From Candidatus Nomurabacteria bacterium RIFCSPLOWO2_01_FULL_39_17 (GTDB lineage: Bacteria > Patescibacteriota > Minisyncoccia > Phycocordibacterales > UBA9973): a DNA stretch of 36,299 bases. The stretch's first letter is position 1. Each line of letters begins with the position of its first letter. The notes beneath the pieces are model-generated. The model did no database searches. It was not told the origin of the DNA and saw only the letters and a list, made by a program, of their open reading frames with translations. The stretch covers positions 1 to 36,299 of the forward strand of contig MFUU01000005.1 in assembly GCA_001785805.1 (NCBI GenBank), given 5' to 3'. Below, piece after piece: positions 31,972 through 36,299 of this stretch. A program made the translations under genes and the position numbers.

Positions 31972-33663
31972 TTAAACTTTATGCTCTACAGTGTGTTCAT
32001 TCGCTATGTGCGAAATAATATATTCTTTTGTGCCGCTGCCGTCGCTACCTATAACTTTTTTGCCTAGATTGAAAATATTTTTAGGGTCAAAAATTTTCTT
32101 AATTTCCGAGAAAATTTTGATAATTTTTTCGCCATACATTTTTTCTAAGAATGGAGTGCGGATAATGCCATCATTGTGTTCGGCGGTTATAGAACCCTTG
32201 TATTGCAGGACGAGATTATAAACTTTTTCTGAAAGTTCCATAATAATTTTAGAAATATTAGGATCTTTAAAATCCATCAAGGGAATAATATGGAAGTTTC
32301 CGTCTCCGGCATGTCCGGCAATGGTGAAAGTTAAATTATATCCCCCCAATACTTTATTAAGTTCGGGAAGGAATTTAGGCAAAAATTCCGGACGAACGAT
32401 TATATCATCTATAAAGGGAGCAGTATGCCTGCCTTTTATGTGCTTACGGAGCAAGACAAAGCTTTCCCTCCTGATATCCCAATACTTATTTGCCTCTATT
32501 TCAGATTTAGTAATATGAACTTTTAATTTGAAGTTTTTAATCTTCTTTATTAGCGCAACGCATTGTTTATGCACAATTTCATTGTTTTCTCCCGCAAATT
32601 CCGCCAGCAAAATCAGCTTCGGAAAACCGTTAGAGAACATCATGAAAAATTCAGGCAGAAAACTCCACATAAATTTTATCATTCCGATAAGTCCTTTATG
32701 TTTCAGGAAATCGGGAAAAAACCGTACAGCTAATTTCATAGTTTTGTCATCATAGGCTTCAAGCGTTTCTGGACTAAATTGGATAATTTCATCCACTAGG
32801 CGACCCAGAGGCTCTAAGTCGTTCATAAAAATCGCGACAAGTTTTGAATATTTGGGATTTTTTACCAGTTTAAAAGTAATCTCCGTGGCTATGCCGAGCG
32901 TACCTTGCGAACCAACCAACAATTTATTAAGGTCGAATACATTATTGTGTATAACATTCCATATATAATAACCAGCCGAGTTTTTATGCACTTTCGGTTT
33001 GGCGTGATTTATTTCTTCCTCGTTTTTTTTAATTAATTCATAAACTTTTTTATAAATTTCTTCTTGGTCAGAAATTTCACCCAAAAGAATGGGCTTGACG
33101 GCATGTTCATTACCGTCGGCAAAAATGACTTTTGCTTCTAAAATATAATCTTGGGTTGTTCCATATTTCAAAGTTCTTTCGCCGGCTGAATTATTGCCAT
33201 ACATTCCGCCGAGCGCATTCAAACTCTTGGATGCCGTATAGCAGGGCAAAACAAGCTCCTGTTCTAAAGTTATTTTTTCAAAATCTCTATAGAACATTCC
33301 CGGCTGGACTGTAATCTGCTTTTTGGCAGAATCAAAACGAATTAATTTATTCATGTGCTTGGTGAAATCCAAAATTATGGACTCCCCCAATGCTCCGCCG
33401 GACATATCCGTGCCGGCGCATCTGGCGGTAATGTAAAGATTTTTCCAATCTTGATTTATTTCCGGATCTCTATATTTATCTTTATTCTCTGAAACCCATT
33501 TCACTATATTTTTCACATCTTCGGTATCTATCGGAAAAAGCACCAGCTTGGGCCGTACTTCGAAAATACTCGCATCTCGCGAATACAGAAGAAGTGTTTG
33601 TTCGTCATCCTTCACTTCCCCTTTAAATATTTTCTTTATTTCTTCCTTGATAGATAAAATCAT
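31972..33663 (-). CDS. FAD-linked oxidase (GlcD / D-lactate dehydrogenase-like)
   Basis: The FAD_binding_4-type N-domain carries ITARCAGTDMSGGALGESIILDF, SLNALGGMYGNNSAGERTLKYGTTQDY and GSQGTLGIATEITFKL. The C-terminal oxidase domain carries GSITAEHNDG. Confidence 0.8.
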   Translation of the reverse strand: MILSIKEEIKKIFKGEVKDDEQTLLLYSRDASIFEVRPKLVLFPIDTEDVKNIVKWVSENKDKYRDPEINQDWKNLYITARCAGTDMSGGALGESIILDFTKHMNKLIRFDSAKKQITVQPGMFYRDFEKITLEQELVLPCYTASKSLNALGGMYGNNSAGERTLKYGTTQDYILEAKVIFADGNEHAVKPILLGEISDQEEIYKKVYELIKKNEEEINHAKPKVHKNSAGYYIWNVIHNNVFDLNKLLVGSQGTLGIATEITFKLVKNPKYSKLVAIFMNDLEPLGRLVDEIIQFSPETLEAYDDKTMKLAVRFFPDFLKHKGLIGMIKFMWSFLPEFFMMFSNGFPKLILLAEFAGENNEIVHKQCVALIKKIKNFKLKVHITKSEIEANKYWDIRRESFVLLRKHIKGRHTAPFIDDIIVRPEFLPKFLPELNKVLGGYNLTFTIAGHAGDGNFHIIPLMDFKDPNISKIIMELSEKVYNLVLQYKGSITAEHNDGIIRTPFLEKMYGEKIIKIFSEIKKIFDPKNIFNLGKKVIGSDGSGTKEYIISHIANEHTVEHKV

Positions 33664-33678
33664 ACAAAAAAGAAAACA

Positions 33679-34545
33679 TTATTCCATATTGTTGAAAAGT
33701 TTGAGTCTGGACTCCACCATTTCTTCTACCGCATTCATGGCGGGCGCAGAAATTTTATAAGGCACCACTTCGTCGGGCTTGTCTGCTAGCGATTTCTTCA
33801 ACCCTTCTACATATGCTATGCGTATTTCAGTATTTATATGAACAATTGAAATCCCTGATGTTATGGCATTAGTAAAATCCACATCTCGCAATCCAGAGCC
33901 TCCGTGGAGTACTAATGGAACTCCAGTTTTTTTTCTAATCTCCTTTACAAGTTCGGCATCTATATGCGGTTTTCCGCTTTTTATTAACCCATGAACACTG
34001 CCTACCGATGGAGCCAGCATATCTATACCAGTCATCTCAACAAATTTTTTCGCTTCTTCCGGCTTGGTTAAAATTCCAGCGCCTTCGGGTATAGTATCTT
34101 TGATATTTGATCCGGAACCAATGTATCCGAGTTCAGCTTCAACTATTGTATCTCTACTCGTTTTTCTTGTGACGCTGCGGGCATAATCCACACACTCTTT
34201 CGTAATTTTTACATTTTCTTCAAAACTTAATTTCGCCCCGTCAAAAATCACAGAATCGAAACCAGCATCAATGCAAGCCCGAACCGCTTCGAAATTGCTG
34301 TGGTGATCGGCGTTTAAAAATATCGGGTAATTATCCCGCTCGCGAATAGAACGAACTAATGCCACCGCTTCTTCTTTGCCTACGAAAGATTCTTCTCCTT
34401 CCGAAACTCCGACTATTACCGGGACATTTAATTTTTTCGCGGCATTGTAGATGGCGTGGAATGCTTCAAGATTCGAAATATTGAAATGTCCGATGGCCAC
34501 CTTGTTTTCTTCGGCCTCCTTTACGCATTCTCGCAATGTTTTCAT
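33679..34545 (-). CDS. fba: Class II fructose/tagatose-bisphosphate aldolase
   Basis: VAIGHFNISNLE, NADHH, FDSVIFDGA, APSVGSVHG and LVLHGGSG match. Confidence 0.85.
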   Translation of the reverse strand: MKTLRECVKEAEENKVAIGHFNISNLEAFHAIYNAAKKLNVPVIVGVSEGEESFVGKEEAVALVRSIRERDNYPIFLNADHHSNFEAVRACIDAGFDSVIFDGAKLSFEENVKITKECVDYARSVTRKTSRDTIVEAELGYIGSGSNIKDTIPEGAGILTKPEEAKKFVEMTGIDMLAPSVGSVHGLIKSGKPHIDAELVKEIRKKTGVPLVLHGGSGLRDVDFTNAITSGISIVHINTEIRIAYVEGLKKSLADKPDEVVPYKISAPAMNAVEEMVESRLKLFNNME

Positions 34546-34549
34546 AATG

Positions 34550-35965
34550 TTATTTTAGCAAATTTATTAATAATTTTTTGGTAACTTCTGGGTTGGCGCT
34601 GCCTTTCGTCTCTTTCATCACTTGCCCGACAAGAGACATTAATGCCTGTCCTTTACCGCCCTTATAGTCTGCTACAACTTTCGGATTAGCATCGATAATT
34701 TTCTGTATAACTTCTTTTAATGCACCCTCGTCGTTTTGCTGTAATAACCCTTCCTTTTGTGCAATTTTCTCTGGTGATTCGTCATTAATTACAATTCTAC
34801 CCATTATGTCTTTTGTTGCGCGAGAAGAAATATATCCACCTTTTGCCATTTTGATTAGTTCGGCAAAGTTTTCTGGTTTAATAAGCTTTACTTCCGGATT
34901 GGTTTTTTTGAGGCCAACATAATCAGAAGTTATATAATTCGAAGCAAGTTTTATAGAGTCTGTATCCCCTAAGATCTTTGCTACTTCTTCAAACCACGAA
35001 GATAAAACTGGGTCATTAATATAGACCTCGGTGTCTTCATCTTTTATTCCAAAATCTTTTTTATATCGCGCTCTTTTTGTTTCTGGTAATTCTGGTAATT
35101 CCTTTTTCATCTTCTTTAAATCGAAAGCCTCGTGGAGCTTCATTTTCGGGAGATCAGGCTCCGGAAAATATCTGTAATCATGGCTTGATTCTTTTTTCCG
35201 CTGTGAAAAAGTTTTCTGTTTGCTCTCGTCCCAGCCGCGTGTTTCCTGCACTATCTCACTTTCTTTCCCTGTTTCATAAAGCTCTTCCATCCTTTTAATT
35301 TCATATGCGATAGCTTTCTCTACACTGCGGAAAGAGTTTAGATTTTTAACTTCAACTTTCGTGCCAAATTTATTTTTGTCGGAAGATAAAGAGATATTCG
35401 CTTCCACACGCATTTCTCCCTTTTCCATATTAGCTTCCGAAACATCTAAATAACGCAGAAGTAATTGTAACTCGCGGGCGAAATTTCCTGCTGTTTTCGC
35501 ATTGTGTATCACTGGCTCGGTTACCAGCTCCATTAAGGGCACGCCGGCGCGGTTAAAATCAATCAGAGAATAGTCGCCTTTGTCGTGCTTGTTAGTTCCC
35601 GTGTCTTCTTCTAGATGCACGCGAGTGATATCAACACCTAATAATTGCCCACCAGAAACTATCGGGTATTTATATTGGGAAATCTGATAGCCTTTTGGAA
35701 TATCGGGATAAAAGTAATTCTTGCGGTCAAATTCGGTAAGGTCGGCAATTTTACCTTTCAGCGCCAAGCCAACTTTTATCACATTCTCCACCGCTTTTTT
35801 ATTTATAACCGGCAAGGCTCCCGGGTGTGCCATACAGACGGGGCAGATATTTATATTCGGATGCCCTTCATCCGGGTCATTCTTGCACGCGCAAAACATC
35901 TTCGTGTTCGTTTTGAGCTCTGCATGAATTTCTAAACCTATCGTTGGGTAATAGCTATTTTTCAT
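34550..35965 (-). CDS. gatB: Asp/Glu-tRNA(Asn/Gln) amidotransferase subunit B
   Basis: IGLEIHAELKTNTKMFC, CPVCMAHPGALPV, FDRKNYFYPDIPKGYQISQ, HLEEDTGT, DFNRAGVPLMELV and EANISL match, and a C-terminal YqeY-like tail follows. Confidence 0.95.
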   Translation of the reverse strand: MKNSYYPTIGLEIHAELKTNTKMFCACKNDPDEGHPNINICPVCMAHPGALPVINKKAVENVIKVGLALKGKIADLTEFDRKNYFYPDIPKGYQISQYKYPIVSGGQLLGVDITRVHLEEDTGTNKHDKGDYSLIDFNRAGVPLMELVTEPVIHNAKTAGNFARELQLLLRYLDVSEANMEKGEMRVEANISLSSDKNKFGTKVEVKNLNSFRSVEKAIAYEIKRMEELYETGKESEIVQETRGWDESKQKTFSQRKKESSHDYRYFPEPDLPKMKLHEAFDLKKMKKELPELPETKRARYKKDFGIKDEDTEVYINDPVLSSWFEEVAKILGDTDSIKLASNYITSDYVGLKKTNPEVKLIKPENFAELIKMAKGGYISSRATKDIMGRIVINDESPEKIAQKEGLLQQNDEGALKEVIQKIIDANPKVVADYKGGKGQALMSLVGQVMKETKGSANPEVTKKLLINLLK

Positions 35966-35989
35966 AGATTATTAGTTATCCACAGTTGC

Positions 35990-36018
35990 TTGACTTGTTA
36001 TAATTTTTTGTATATACT
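35990..36018 (+). promoter_or_regulatory. Strong orphan promoter TTGACT-17-TATACT on the plus strand
   Basis: TTGACT is at 35990-35995, the spacer is 17 nt, and TATACT is at 36013-36018. It is divergent from gatB, and no plus-strand gene follows. Confidence 0.4.
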
Positions 36019-36036
36019 TGTATTTAAGTTACCTCG

Positions 36037-36066
36037 CCAGGCTTTATGCCTGGTTTTTCCGTTTTT
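36037..36066 (+). terminator. Plus-strand intrinsic terminator-like hairpin CCAGGC-TTTAT-GCCTGG followed by TTTTTCCGTTTTT
   Basis: The 6-bp stem is perfect, and the T-run is present only on the plus strand. The hairpin lies ~20 nt downstream of the orphan promoter. Confidence 0.45.
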
Positions 36067-36168
36067 AGACCACTAATACGTTCTACTTCATTTCTTATTG
36101 AATCGAGAGATATAAACCAAGAACTAGTTCTAATTTCTCACGCTGAATTCTTTTTGTATGCTAAAAAC

Positions 36169-36299
36169 TTTATATGTTTCTGCCTTTTTAAAATTATTTA
36201 CTTTTTGTACATTTAATTCTAAATCTATTCTTTTATTTTGTAACTTTGAATATTCGTGTTTTATTTTTCCACTACTTGCACCATATCCAGCTTTTAGAA
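36169..36299 (-). CDS. 3' end of an unidentified gene (last 42 codons)
   Basis: The minus-strand frame is open from the window edge: ...LKAGYGASSGKIKHEYSKLQNKRIDLELNVQKVNNFKKARNI, then TAA. Its Lys-rich composition resembles the other proteins here, whereas the overlapping plus-strand frame is Phe/Cys-rich and looks like a shadow. Confidence 0.25.

Noticed and set aside
35966-35989. A leaderless-type -10 box in front of gatB.
   Set aside because: The candidates (ACTAAT, TAATAA) either lack the critical A at position 2 or T at position 6, or sit only 3-5 nt from the ATG. gatB is therefore not counted among the leaderless candidates.
36157-36299. A plus-strand ORF, MLKTLYVSAFLKLFTFCTFNSKS..., open to the window edge.
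   Set aside because: Its Phe/Cys/Leu-rich composition is what the antisense of a Lys-rich gene gives. The minus-strand frame looks more protein-like. The question stays unresolved without sequence to the right.

Overview
This is an AT-rich, very compact bacterial chromosome segment. Most gaps are 0-60 nt, several neighbouring genes overlap by 1-4 nt, and three convergent gene pairs overlap. It carries almost only housekeeping genes. From gene content and protein style I infer a Candidate Phyla Radiation / Patescibacteria (Parcubacteria-like) genome.

Contents, left to right:
- Plus strand: serS (partial, minus strand), dprA, topA, a short Rel-type (p)ppGpp enzyme.
- parB (minus), tRNA-Leu(CAA), murA, miaA.
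- A long minus-strand block: dedA, tRNA-Trp, rpmG, ddl, M24 peptidase, a 574-aa cysteine-rich protein, rseP, frr, holB-like, mreB.
- Plus strand: priA-like, VKOR-family and DoxX-like membrane proteins.
- A second long minus-strand block: rsmI; the complete F1Fo ATP synthase operon (atpZ-like, then B-E-F-H-A-G-D-C); tRNA-Ile(GAU); an RRM/glycine-rich RNA-binding protein; a short RF1; rpmE; a coiled-coil lytic transglycosylase; rplY; an FAD-linked oxidase; class II aldolase; gatB; and the 3' end of an unknown gene.

I see no CRISPR array, transposase, integrase, phage, toxin-antitoxin or recognisable defence genes. I did not find a convincing multi-gene novel system.

The items most worth a second look:
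1. A 40-cysteine internally duplicated zinc-ribbon/CxxC-repeat protein, apparently translationally coupled to rseP.
2. A PriA homologue in which every ATPase/helicase motif is degenerate.
3. An RF1 that lacks the whole N-terminal domain 1.
4. A recurrent arrangement of a -10 box (often TGnTATAAT) 6-8 nt before the start codon at nine genes, suggesting widespread leaderless mRNAs.
5. A family of short structured intergenic elements: a TAGGC/CTAG-rich hairpin in two copies, related AGGCTTTAWGCCT hairpins, conserved stem-loops in the atp operon spacers, and perfect palindromes in the mreB/priA divergent region.

All product calls come from reading the supplied translations against remembered family motifs. 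No database search was run.
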